From Nitrospira sp. (GTDB lineage: Bacteria > Nitrospirota > Nitrospiria > Nitrospirales > Nitrospiraceae): 64,000 nt of DNA. Numbering within the stretch: position 1 is the stretch's first letter; each line of letters begins with the position of its first letter. Location: assembly GCA_047150005.1 (NCBI GenBank), contig AP038806.1, positions 3,200,001 through 3,264,000 on the forward strand, in the 5' to 3' direction. Positions 38,583 through 47,629 of this stretch are shown here, piece after piece. The notes under the pieces were generated by a model, which saw nothing but the letters and a program-made list of their open reading frames with translations, ran no database searches and was not told the DNA's origin. A program made the position numbers and the translations under genes.

Positions 38583-40001
38583 ATGGAACAGGAGCACATT
38601 CTCATAGTGGATGATGAAGAAGGCTTGCTGCAGCTGGTCAAGATGCGGCTGCAAGCGATGGGATTCGCCGTCACGGCCTGCACGACCGGGCGGGAAGCCG
38701 TCTCGGCGGCCAAAGTAAATCGGTTCGACCTGGCAATCACCGACCTCCGATTGGGCGGGGAAGACGGCCTGGACGTAACCGAAGAACTCCTCCGCATTCA
38801 TCCGGGGCTTCCGGTCATCATTCTCACGGCGCACGGCAGCATTCCCAACGCGGTTGAAGCCGTCCAACGCGGCGCCTTCGGGTATCTGACCAAACCTTTC
38901 GACGACAAGGAGCTGAAGGCCAAAATCGAGGAAGGGCTGTCGCCTCAGCGCATGAGCCGTGAAATCCAGCGGTTGAAATCGCTCGTCAACGAACTCTACG
39001 GGATGGACAACGTCGTGGCCCGCAGCCCGGCCATGCAACGACTGCTCCAGCAGGTCGTCCAGGTGGCGGATTCCGATGCGACGATGCTTCTGTTCGGCGA
39101 AACCGGCACGGGCAAGGAAGTGTTCGCGCGTGTGACGCATGCCAACAGCCGGCGGAGCAAGGGGCCGTTCGTCGCGCTGAACTGCGCGGCGATTCCCGAG
39201 ACGCTGTTCGAATCCGAGTTGTTCGGACATGTCAAGGGCGCGTTCACGAGCGCGCATGGTTCCAAGAAGGGCCTCTTCCAGAGCGCGCACGGCGGCACCC
39301 TGTTTCTGGATGAAATCGGGGAGATGCCGCTCTCGATGCAGGTCAAGCTGCTGCGCGCCGTTCAGGAGCGGGAGGTGCGAGAAGTCGGCGCCGAGCACGC
39401 CACCAAGGTGGACGTGCGGATCATCGCCGCCACGAATAAGGATCTGGACGAGGCCGTCAAGAGCGGGACGTTTCGCAACGACCTCTACTACCGAATTTCT
39501 GTGGTTCCCTTGTTCATTCCGCCGCTTCGGGATCGGCGGGACGATATTCCCATCATGGCCCAGCAATTTCTCGCCGTGAGCGCCAAACGCGCCAATAAGG
39601 ATATGCGGGGATTTACGCCGGCCGCGTTGCATCGCTTGGTCACCAATCTCTGGCCCGGGAACGTGCGTGAACTGGAGAACGCGATCGAAAAGGCCGTCGT
39701 CATGGCACGGCAGGACATGATTACGCCGGACTTGCTGCCTTCAACCGGCAGCGCACCGGATGCTCAATTGAAGCCGCTGACCGAAGCGAAAGAGGAGTTT
39801 GAAAAGACCTACCTCAAGAACGTGCTTCAGCTGACGGGAGGGAATATCTCGCGCGCCGCACAGTTCGCCGGTCGTTACCGCGCGGATTTCTACAAGATGC
39901 TCAAGAAGTACGGGCTCCATCCGTCGATGACGAAGGGTAAGGCGGCTCCGGAAGTCGAGGAGTTGGACGAAGAGAGTGACCTCACCGAGGCCGAACGGTA
40001 A
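38583..40001 (+). CDS. Sigma54-dependent response regulator (QseF/GlrR-like)
   Basis: REC with TAHGSIPNAV, GETGTGKE, GAFTSA, HTH GNISRAAQFAGRYRADFYKML. Confidence 0.93.
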   Translation: MEQEHILIVDDEEGLLQLVKMRLQAMGFAVTACTTGREAVSAAKVNRFDLAITDLRLGGEDGLDVTEELLRIHPGLPVIILTAHGSIPNAVEAVQRGAFGYLTKPFDDKELKAKIEEGLSPQRMSREIQRLKSLVNELYGMDNVVARSPAMQRLLQQVVQVADSDATMLLFGETGTGKEVFARVTHANSRRSKGPFVALNCAAIPETLFESELFGHVKGAFTSAHGSKKGLFQSAHGGTLFLDEIGEMPLSMQVKLLRAVQEREVREVGAEHATKVDVRIIAATNKDLDEAVKSGTFRNDLYYRISVVPLFIPPLRDRRDDIPIMAQQFLAVSAKRANKDMRGFTPAALHRLVTNLWPGNVRELENAIEKAVVMARQDMITPDLLPSTGSAPDAQLKPLTEAKEEFEKTYLKNVLQLTGGNISRAAQFAGRYRADFYKMLKKYGLHPSMTKGKAAPEVEELDEESDLTEAER

Positions 40002-40067
40002 CCTCGCTGATTCTGACGCGTAGGCGACCAGGCGGTCGCGCCGGACACCATGCACCGCCGCAATATC

Positions 40068-41516
40068 CTACAAGCCGACGATGAAGTACTCGTCCGCCGA
40101 GGTCGCCGCGATGGGCGCAGCCGGCGCGCTGCCGTCGGCCGGTACGCACAGAAGATCACGTTGGCCTGACTGGGTACGTTCGAAGCAGGCGAATCCTCCC
40201 GCTGCTCCCGCAAATTCATCCAACGACGTCCCGGGCGTCAGTTGCACTAGACCCGTGCCGTCCGCCTGCACACTATAGAGCGCGCGCGGACTGGTCATGG
40301 CGTTCGACCCCATGACCCGCTCGAAGATCACTCTGGAACCGACCACCCCGCCGAAGGAATCGTCCTCGGCAAACGTCGCCAGAGGGATTTCGCCGCCGGA
40401 ACCGTCGGCCTGAATGCTGTACAGATTGTCCAGTCCTCCCACGGTGCGACGGAAGATGACGCGCGAACCCACGGCTCCCACCACTTCTTCGTTCGACGGC
40501 GATGTCGCGAGGGGAACCGTATTGGTTCCATCGGCATTCACACTGTAGATGTCGGTCTGGCCGTTCGCGGACTGGGTATATACGATCCGCCCGCCGACGA
40601 TCTCGCCCACGAACTCATTGCCGGGATCGGTGGCAAGGGGAACGGTGCCGGTCCCATCGCCGCTGACGCTGTAGAGATCGCAAGGGCCGTTGCAACGGTG
40701 GTACACGACACGATTGCCGCTCACCCCGCCGAGAAAGTCATTGTCGGGATCGGCGGACAAGGGTACGATCGCTCCCCCGTTCACCGGTACGGCATAGAGA
40801 TCCGGCACAACCTGAGATGAGAGCAGAGCGGAATAGATCACGGATGTGCCGACCGCTCCTTGCATGCCGAGGAGGGTGAATTGGCCGCTGGGGCTGCTGG
40901 TAGTGTTTACGAGCGGACGAGGGTCGCTGCCGTCCGGCAGAATACTGTGAAGCTCATTGTTCCGACGGTACACGACTCGTCCCGCTACGCTCCCTTCGTA
41001 GAACGCGATCGATTCGCTTCCCGGTGTTCTCACGGCCGGACCAATGGGCTGTCGGGCGCTGCCGTCCGTCACCACGCTGGTCAGATCGCTCAGGCGAACG
41101 CCGCTCGGCAAGGAAAACACCTGATCGTAGACGACACGGGACCCGACCACATCCCGGACCACCTCGTCGTCCGCCGCGTTGGCCAGGACTTGTCGGCCTG
41201 TACCTGAGACGGATACTTTCCAGATGTCACGCTGATCAGCGCCGGAGAACGGGACAGTTTGGGTTTGATACACGACGAGCGACCCGGCAAGTTTAGAGAA
41301 GGAGGCACGGACTCCCGGTTCGTCGGCTAACGTGACCGGGCCGCTTCCGTCGGTTTGACTGCGAAACAGAGATTCTTGGGAGCCGGTTGACCGTCCCCAG
41401 ATCACCCCGGTGGGCGAAGGGGTGGACGAACCGGTCGGCGCCGGATCTGAGGTGCTTCCGCCGCCGCTGCTGCAACCGACGAGCATCACCAGAAACGCAA
41501 CAATGAATGCCCACAT
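40068..41516 (-). CDS. Beta-propeller repeat lipoprotein (TolB/DUF5050-like repeats)
   Basis: LVGC lipobox, Ser/Gly/Pro linker, ten repeats of about 42-50 aa (DLYSVxxDGxG..PLA....E....VGxRVVY); start uncertain. Confidence 0.75.
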   Translation of the reverse strand: MWAFIVAFLVMLVGCSSGGGSTSDPAPTGSSTPSPTGVIWGRSTGSQESLFRSQTDGSGPVTLADEPGVRASFSKLAGSLVVYQTQTVPFSGADQRDIWKVSVSGTGRQVLANAADDEVVRDVVGSRVVYDQVFSLPSGVRLSDLTSVVTDGSARQPIGPAVRTPGSESIAFYEGSVAGRVVYRRNNELHSILPDGSDPRPLVNTTSSPSGQFTLLGMQGAVGTSVIYSALLSSQVVPDLYAVPVNGGAIVPLSADPDNDFLGGVSGNRVVYHRCNGPCDLYSVSGDGTGTVPLATDPGNEFVGEIVGGRIVYTQSANGQTDIYSVNADGTNTVPLATSPSNEEVVGAVGSRVIFRRTVGGLDNLYSIQADGSGGEIPLATFAEDDSFGGVVGSRVIFERVMGSNAMTSPRALYSVQADGTGLVQLTPGTSLDEFAGAAGGFACFERTQSGQRDLLCVPADGSAPAAPIAATSADEYFIVGL

Positions 41517-41731
41517 GACTGATCTCCCCAGCGCATCGTCGCCTCCGTCGGCCCGCTGATGCTCCCGGCGGGCTGCGGTTTGGTCATCTGAAGGCATTCT
41601 AGGAAAATGGGGATTCCAGGGGCAAGGGTATAAATGGGTGAAGGACAAAATGGACACTTTCTCTGACGAGTAGAGCCAAGTGGCCCTGATCCTTTTTGCT
41701 TCGAGGAAGGAACGAGGGTATTCTTGCGGAC

Positions 41732-42307
41732 ATGAAATGGTTGTACCCGACGCTCGTTGCAGTATTGTTGGGGCTCGTGTTGACGGCGTATCTGACCGCC
41801 GCATGGAGTCCGTCGTTCAAGCTGTCACGTCTATGGAATCAAGGCGGCCACCCGGCGGATACGCGCGGCACAACCGAAAAGACCGCGGAGGGAAAGACCG
41901 TTCTTCAGGACGTCCTATTGGAGGAGTTGCGGCGAATGCATCATCTCCGGCCGCTCACCGTTCAAGAGAGCGGCTCAAAGATTCAGAATCTGCCGATGGG
42001 AGTATTCGGCTTTTCGGAGTGCAGCGAGTCGCTTGAAGCGAAGCGAGATGGGAAGCCGTCATTAGAGGTGCAGAAGCGCCGTGACGGAATTGCCTACTAT
42101 GTCGGCTATGCGTCGGATGAGGACATCGGAAAATACTTCGCCAGGCTCAAGAATTTTCACATCCTGACCTACAACCAGGCCACGGGCACAGCCCCGTCGC
42201 TGCTCGAGATCCCGATCGATTTCGTTGCGAAATGCGAAACTCGTCAATCCGCCGATGGGCCGATGTTTGATCTGTTCGTGCGGGACATCCCGGAATTGCA
42301 GTCTTGA
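41732..42307 (+). CDS. Hypothetical protein with N-terminal membrane anchor
   Basis: MKWLYPTLVAVLLGLVL leader; sigma70-like promoter immediately upstream. Confidence 0.65.
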   Translation: MKWLYPTLVAVLLGLVLTAYLTAAWSPSFKLSRLWNQGGHPADTRGTTEKTAEGKTVLQDVLLEELRRMHHLRPLTVQESGSKIQNLPMGVFGFSECSESLEAKRDGKPSLEVQKRRDGIAYYVGYASDEDIGKYFARLKNFHILTYNQATGTAPSLLEIPIDFVAKCETRQSADGPMFDLFVRDIPELQS

Positions 42308-42341
42308 TGGGAGTCGGCTCCTCGCATGATGTAGGCCGATT

Positions 42342-43499
42342 TCACTTGTTCCGGTCTGGTTTACGCAGATCAATGAGGCAGTACGCACTCATGACGGAGG
42401 TAAGACGCGGAAAAACGGTTTCCACCAATCGTAGGGCTTTGGCCGCTCGATTCGATTGTCCAAACAGCCACTCGAACTCAGACTTGTTCAAGATTCGAAG
42501 CGACTCAACCGAGTGTTCGTTTGTCAGCTCTCCGGCGACCTGTTTCCACCATGCACGATTTCGGAAGAAGTAGTAGAGCTGGTGGGGTGCTGGTTCACCA
42601 CCGGGGTTCTTTTGGGGCATGAGAATCTGCGAGCTGCCCGGATGCAGGACCTTCCACAGTTTTCGAAAGGCCCTCAAGAGAAAGAAAAGGCCCTTGTGCC
42701 ATATCGAGTATTGCACCTCTGTGAATATGCATAGATGAGTCTTGGGTCGAATAACACGGAAGAGCTCTTGAATGGCTCCAAGCTGAAGAGATTCCGGGAT
42801 ATGCTGGATGGTGTAACCGGAGACCGCGCCGTCGAAGCAATCGTCTCGAAAAGGCAGCTTGCATATATCTGCCAAGCAGCAGATATCTGTTTGCCGGAGT
42901 TTCATGCCGGCTTCTTGTAAAGCCGTTATCGACATGTCCACGCACACTCGGCTTTTGAAAAACCATGAAAATGCCAAGTACTCCGCGTGCGGGATGGCGC
43001 CGCTTGCTGCATCGAGAATGAAGTCGCCACCTGGTAAACGATCGAGAATCGAGAGATGGGACATCAACTCATATGCTCCGTGTCCGACAAGCCAGTTCTG
43101 GGAGAAAAGCGCGGAGTCGTTATAAACGCTCTGCTGATTTTTTCTCCATCCGAACCGGTCGTACCAATCTCTAACACTCTGTGTGATGTCATCGACTGAA
43201 ATCTGTGGTTCTATAGCGAAACTGGTTTCTGAGACGCGGTTCTTACGGATTCGAAGCGAAGTGTGTTCAAGGAAATACGCGATTGTCTCCGTAAGAGGGT
43301 ACGCCCTCCGATCAGCGTCAGAGATGAACGCACCTATTGTCTCATCCGGCAGACGCTGACGCTCATCTTCCGGTAAGCATGAAAGAAGATCCTCGAGCGG
43401 CACCAAGCGGAGGTCGGTTTTCGTACGTGGACAGCAGAGAATAGCCTGAAGGGAGCTAAATCTGGCAAGAGACGGTTCATAGGTTGTTTTTGGTGCCAT
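42342..43499 (-). CDS. Class I SAM-dependent methyltransferase with Trm112-like N-terminus
   Basis: ILCCPRTK...RAYP N-terminus, ILDAASG, ADICKLPFRDDCFD, ELFRVIRP; visibly lower GC. Confidence 0.85.
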   Translation of the reverse strand: MAPKTTYEPSLARFSSLQAILCCPRTKTDLRLVPLEDLLSCLPEDERQRLPDETIGAFISDADRRAYPLTETIAYFLEHTSLRIRKNRVSETSFAIEPQISVDDITQSVRDWYDRFGWRKNQQSVYNDSALFSQNWLVGHGAYELMSHLSILDRLPGGDFILDAASGAIPHAEYLAFSWFFKSRVCVDMSITALQEAGMKLRQTDICCLADICKLPFRDDCFDGAVSGYTIQHIPESLQLGAIQELFRVIRPKTHLCIFTEVQYSIWHKGLFFLLRAFRKLWKVLHPGSSQILMPQKNPGGEPAPHQLYYFFRNRAWWKQVAGELTNEHSVESLRILNKSEFEWLFGQSNRAAKALRLVETVFPRLTSVMSAYCLIDLRKPDRNK

Positions 43500-43776
43500 G
43501 CTATTCTCACGCCTCCTTTTCCCGTTCATCCGAACCGATTGGCAGGTTCCCAATTCTGCACACACCTCAACCCTGAGTCAAACCCACAACCATCAATATC
43601 CAAGACAACGTCGCTATGCCATAGAACCTCCATCTCTTGTCTTGGTGGTCTCAGACAAGAAGTCTATGAAGGAAGGCTGGCGAGAATGACCGGTTGGTGC
43701 TCCGCGGACGGGAAAGCCGGTGTCGAAGCGATGACCGGTACCCGGTGAGAGAGGTGAGAACGGGGCAAGCAGGATC

Positions 43777-43851
43777 TGGAGCTGGCGAGAGGAATTGAAC
43801 CTCCAACCGGCGGTTTACAAAACCGCTGCTCTGCCATTGAGCTACGCCAGC
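43777..43851 (-). tRNA. tRNA-Thr (anticodon UGU)
   Basis: Minus strand GCTGGCG TA GCTCAATGGCAGAGC A GCGGT TT TGT AA ACCGC...GGTTCAATTCC...CGCCAGC T CCA; TTGACA-N17-TACGTT upstream. Confidence 0.97.
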
Positions 43852-44056
43852 CACGATGGAGTGAAGGTTGCGGAAAACGTAGCAAGTGCATGCCACCCTG
43901 TCAAGCAAGGTCGTCTGTGCGGGTCGTGGGTCAGTTTCCTCTTGGTTCCCTGCTCTTCCTGTCGACGGACAAGCATACCAAGGGATGGGCCGGTTCTTGA
44001 CCTCTCAGCGCAGACGGTTTATCTTTCCGACGTTTTCACTCCTATGGGGAGGCGCT

Positions 44057-44284
44057 ATGCGACGTTGGTTGATGGTGGTTTCAATGGGATTTGCCCTGGC
44101 GGCATGCAGTACGACGGAATGGGTTCATCCCAACAAGCCGCCGGAGGAATACACAAACGATTACAACAAATGCCAGAACGCCGTGCTGAGCGATCCCAAG
44201 CTGCAGCAGGGCAGCAAGCTTCTCGTGATGAACGCCACCGAACGTTGCATGCAGAAAGAAGGGTGGCGCCTCGTCGAGCACTAA
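44057..44284 (+). CDS. Small lipoprotein
   Basis: GGAGG RBS, LAAC lipobox, W.HP...DY..C...CM...GW pattern. Confidence 0.8.
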   Translation: MRRWLMVVSMGFALAACSTTEWVHPNKPPEEYTNDYNKCQNAVLSDPKLQQGSKLLVMNATERCMQKEGWRLVEH

Positions 44285-44372
44285 AAATTCGACGCCGGTT
44301 CCCGCCCATCGGTCGGTTTTAATCGTATTTCTGCCCCCGTTTCGTCTCCAGAACCACCCCCAGGCCGCGGTG

Positions 44373-44427
44373 GTTAACAAAGAATTTACTCACCGTTGAC
44401 AGCTCCGGAACATCGGTCGGATAGGCT
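44373..44427 (+). promoter_or_regulatory. Putative Pho-box-like array plus -10 box
   Basis: GTTAAC-N5-ATTTAC-N5-GTTGAC-N21-TAGGCT. Confidence 0.5.
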
Positions 44428-44609
44428 GTGACCATGGTGAACTGTCACCATGGTGATCCGGCGGTGTTCGGTCGAGCGTCAGTTTCTGGATTTCTCGCAT
44501 CGGTCGAATGCCCCACGAATCATCCGGCCGTCCGGGTCGCACAGCGACCCCGGTGGACAGTGACACACATGAGCGACCGCAGCCGTCGAGGCGGTTGCAG
44601 GAGGATGTC

Positions 44610-44858
44610 ATGATCGGCCATGTCCTGCTTGAGCCGTCAGTCGATGCCAGCCACCACTCGGACACCCTTGCCTGGGAGATTCTGAACCGAGTCGAAGACG
44701 AGTCGGTCGTCAGCCTGGATTCGCTGGTGATGTCGCTTCCCCACTACAGCTGGAATCAGATTCTGATCACGGTGGACCGTCTAGCCCGCGACGGACGGCT
44801 CATTCTTCGCCGTCACCGATTCGACTACACCGTGTTTTCCAAACATTACGTCGCCTAG
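44610..44858 (+). CDS. Small hypothetical protein (possible winged-helix-like)
   Basis: AGGAGGA RBS, LDSLVMSLPHYSWNQILITVDRLARDGRLIL. Confidence 0.7.
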   Translation: MIGHVLLEPSVDASHHSDTLAWEILNRVEDESVVSLDSLVMSLPHYSWNQILITVDRLARDGRLILRRHRFDYTVFSKHYVA

Positions 44859-44961
44859 CCGGCGTCATTCATGAAGGTTCGCGAGGAAACGGCGGAGACG
44901 CCCAGAATCTTTCATGAATAGGGCGGGCTCACGACAGGCAGCCATTATCGAAGATGGCGGG

Positions 44962-45732
44962 TCACCGCTCCGCCAGAAGGTCTTTGACCACCGGCTCGAT
45001 GGCCTCGGCCCATATCAGATATCCGCTCGCGCTGAGGTGGTCAAAGTCGGGCATGATGACGGTGGAAATCGTACCGTCCGGATTCGTGAATCGGGTACCG
45101 ATGTCTAGATAGTGAATCGTCCTGCCATCGGCGACGGTTCGGAAAATCGCATTGGCAGCCATGGCTCTCACTCGCTGTGGGTTGTCGGGGCGCTCGCCGG
45201 ACGGGAAGATCGCAAGCAGGAGAATCTTGCTCTCGGGAACCTTTTCGCGAAGTTTCTGGACGACAGCCATGACCCCATCGGCGATGTCTTGCGGGGTGTT
45301 GCCGTCGATGGAATTGTTGTCGCCGATCAACAGGACAATGGTCTTGGGATGGATTCGGTCAAAATGTCCATGTTCGATTCGCCAGAGCACATGCTGAGTG
45401 CGGTCGCCATCCATCCCGAAATTGGCGGCCTTGCGCCTCCCGTAATAGGAGTGCCAGACTTCTCTGCCGGCCTCATTCCATCGCTGTGTAATGGAGTCGC
45501 CCAGAAACACAAGATCGATGTTGCCGCGTCGAGCGATTTCGTTGAGCTCGGCATGACGTCGAAGCTGCCAGGCGCCGTTTTCATAACCCAAGGCGGTCCG
45601 GGTCGACGGTTTTGTGACTGAATGCGTGGGGGCGGGATGGCCCTCGGTGCTCGGGCTACGGTCGCAGGCGGCAAAGATGAGCCCTCCCATGAGGATCATC
45701 AGAAATGGGTTGGCCGCGGTGCCGACAGTCAT
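44962..45732 (-). CDS. GDSL/SGNH acetylhydrolase (PAF-AH Ib-like) lipoprotein
   Basis: FLGDSIT, NFGMDGDRTQHVLWR, PDFDHLS; FAAC lipobox. Confidence 0.9.
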   Translation of the reverse strand: MTVGTAANPFLMILMGGLIFAACDRSPSTEGHPAPTHSVTKPSTRTALGYENGAWQLRRHAELNEIARRGNIDLVFLGDSITQRWNEAGREVWHSYYGRRKAANFGMDGDRTQHVLWRIEHGHFDRIHPKTIVLLIGDNNSIDGNTPQDIADGVMAVVQKLREKVPESKILLLAIFPSGERPDNPQRVRAMAANAIFRTVADGRTIHYLDIGTRFTNPDGTISTVIMPDFDHLSASGYLIWAEAIEPVVKDLLAER

Positions 45733-46138
45733 ACTTGCCAGAGTAACGAGGCCGATGTCCGCACGGCGATACCATCGCGTGGACAGAACAGTGCCTTATG
45801 GAGTGAGGTGTTGAATCTCGGCCGCTTCGACGCAGATGCGGGTCGGCACATTGTCACGGTTGAGGAACACTTCAACGTGCACGGTTACGCGGACGCGATC
45901 GCCTTCTCGCAAAGGCTCGATTCGGAATCCTGACGCGGATCATGAACAAGGCATATCACCCCGTCTGGAAAGCTCATTGTAGAAAGGTTGTGAGCTGAGC
46001 GCAAGTGACAGTCGTGGGTCCGTTTGAATCGTAACCGCTTCGTTTGTAGACACATCGCGCGCCGAGGAAGGATCTGTTCTCTGAGAGTCAAACCGCCTTC
46101 GGGTAGTCGAACGCATCCTTGTCGTTCTCGGGGCAGTG

Positions 46139-46822
46139 TCAGGCGCCGTTGTCCGCGCGCACGTGTTGACTCGTGTGGCGGATGATCTTGCCCTCGACCA
46201 TGTAGATCACCAATTCTGCGACGTTGGTGGCATGGTCGGCGATGCGCTCAAGGTACTTGCCGATGAAGGTGAGACGGATGGCGCGGGTGATCGTGTCGGG
46301 CTTTTCGATCATGAAGGACAGGAGTTCCCGGAACAGTTGGTGCGTGAGGTCGTCGATAAAATCGTCGTCCGCGCAGACTTTTCTCGCCAACACAGCGTCC
46401 GAACGAACGAACGCTTCCAGGCATTCGCGCACCATCCGCATGGTCCAGCTCGACATGCGAGGAATGTCGATGTAGGGCTTCAGCTGCGGCTCCTCGTTCA
46501 GCTCGATGACGCGCTCGCTGATATTCTCGGCGAGATCGCTCATGCGTTCCAACTCGGTGGAGATCTTCATCGCCGTGGTGATGAATCGAAGGTCGCCGGC
46601 GGCGGGAGCCTGCAACGCGAGCAACCGGATGCAGGTTTCGTCGATCTCCACGTCGAGGGAGTTCACGAGGGCATCGCGTTCGATGATGCGGGAGGCCAGG
46701 TGCACGTCTCGATTCACCAGCGCTTGGATCGAGCCCTCGATCTGCTGTTCGACCAGCGTGCCCATGCGGAGGATCTGCGTCTTCAGTTCCGCCAGTTCTT
46801 GATCGAAGTGCCGTTGCATCAT
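46139..46822 (-). CDS. phoU: Phosphate signalling protein PhoU
   Basis: QAPAAGDLR, ELERMSD, LERIADHATNVAE. Confidence 0.97.
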   Translation of the reverse strand: MMQRHFDQELAELKTQILRMGTLVEQQIEGSIQALVNRDVHLASRIIERDALVNSLDVEIDETCIRLLALQAPAAGDLRFITTAMKISTELERMSDLAENISERVIELNEEPQLKPYIDIPRMSSWTMRMVRECLEAFVRSDAVLARKVCADDDFIDDLTHQLFRELLSFMIEKPDTITRAIRLTFIGKYLERIADHATNVAELVIYMVEGKIIRHTSQHVRADNGA

Positions 46823-46838
46823 ATCTCGCTTCCGAGGG

Positions 46839-47624
46839 CTAACCGAACCGGCCGGTCACGTATGCTTCGGTCAGTGTGTTCGATGGGTTGGTGAAGATCT
46901 TGTCCGTTCGATCGCACTCGATCAGGCGGCCTTCGTACATGAAGGCCGTGTAGTCGGACACGCGAGCCGCCTGCTGCATGTTATGGGTAACGATCACGAT
47001 CGTCACCTTCTGCTTGAGATCGTTGACCAGTTCCTCAATGCGCGCAGTTGCCGTGGGGTCCAGGGCCGAGGTCGGTTCGTCGAACAGGAGGATTTCCGGT
47101 GTCGTGGCCAGCGCCCGGGCAATGCATAGGCGCTGCTGCTGCCCTCCCGAGAGGTTGAACGCCTGATCGTGGAGGCGATCTCTGACCTCGGGCCAGAGTG
47201 CCGCATCGCGCAGGGCCCGTTCGACAGCCTGATCCAGGTCAGACCGCTTCATGCCCCCGCGGATCTTCAAGCCGTAGGCGACATTCTCATAAATGGACTT
47301 GGGAAACGGGTTCGGCCTCTGGAATACCATCCCGACGCGCATGCGGATTTCGATGGGATCGATCTCGGAGGCCACCAGGTTGATCCGCTCCGGATAGAGC
47401 AGCAACTCGCCTTCGTACCGGTTGCCTGGATAGAGATCATGCATCCGATTGAGACAGCGAAGGTAAGTCGTCTTGCCGCATCCGGACGGTCCGATCAGCG
47501 CCGTGGCATGGCGGTCGGGCAGGCCGAGGGAAATGGTCTTCAACGCTTGGACGTCACCATAGAAGAAGCTCAGGTCCTTGGATTCCGCTTTCAGTGCGGT
47601 GGGCGGCGTCGTGGTCGTGGACAT
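46839..47624 (-). CDS. pstB: Phosphate ABC transporter ATPase
   Basis: [46 protein letters not shown] 47624. Confidence 0.97.
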   Translation of the reverse strand: MSTTTTPPTALKAESKDLSFFYGDVQALKTISLGLPDRHATALIGPSGCGKTTYLRCLNRMHDLYPGNRYEGELLLYPERINLVASEIDPIEIRMRVGMVFQRPNPFPKSIYENVAYGLKIRGGMKRSDLDQAVERALRDAALWPEVRDRLHDQAFNLSGGQQQRLCIARALATTPEILLFDEPTSALDPTATARIEELVNDLKQKVTIVIVTHNMQQAARVSDYTAFMYEGRLIECDRTDKIFTNPSNTLTEAYVTGRFG

Positions 47625-47629
47625 GCGGG

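Noticed and set aside
43880..43896. TGGCATGCACTTGCT (minus strand) as a sigma54 promoter for tRNA-Thr
   Set aside because: Spacing is 9; better explained as the spacer of TTGACA-N17-TACGTT
44396..44427. TTGACA-N20-TAGGCT as a MerR-type long-spacer promoter
   Set aside because: The spacer dyad is only 4 bp, and the same geometry is explained by the shared Pho-like architecture
45733..46138. 400-bp spacer with a short IVTVEEHF peptide reminiscent of a transketolase or amidohydrolase fragment
   Set aside because: Match too short, no start or RBS context, and no convincing RNA structure or repeat
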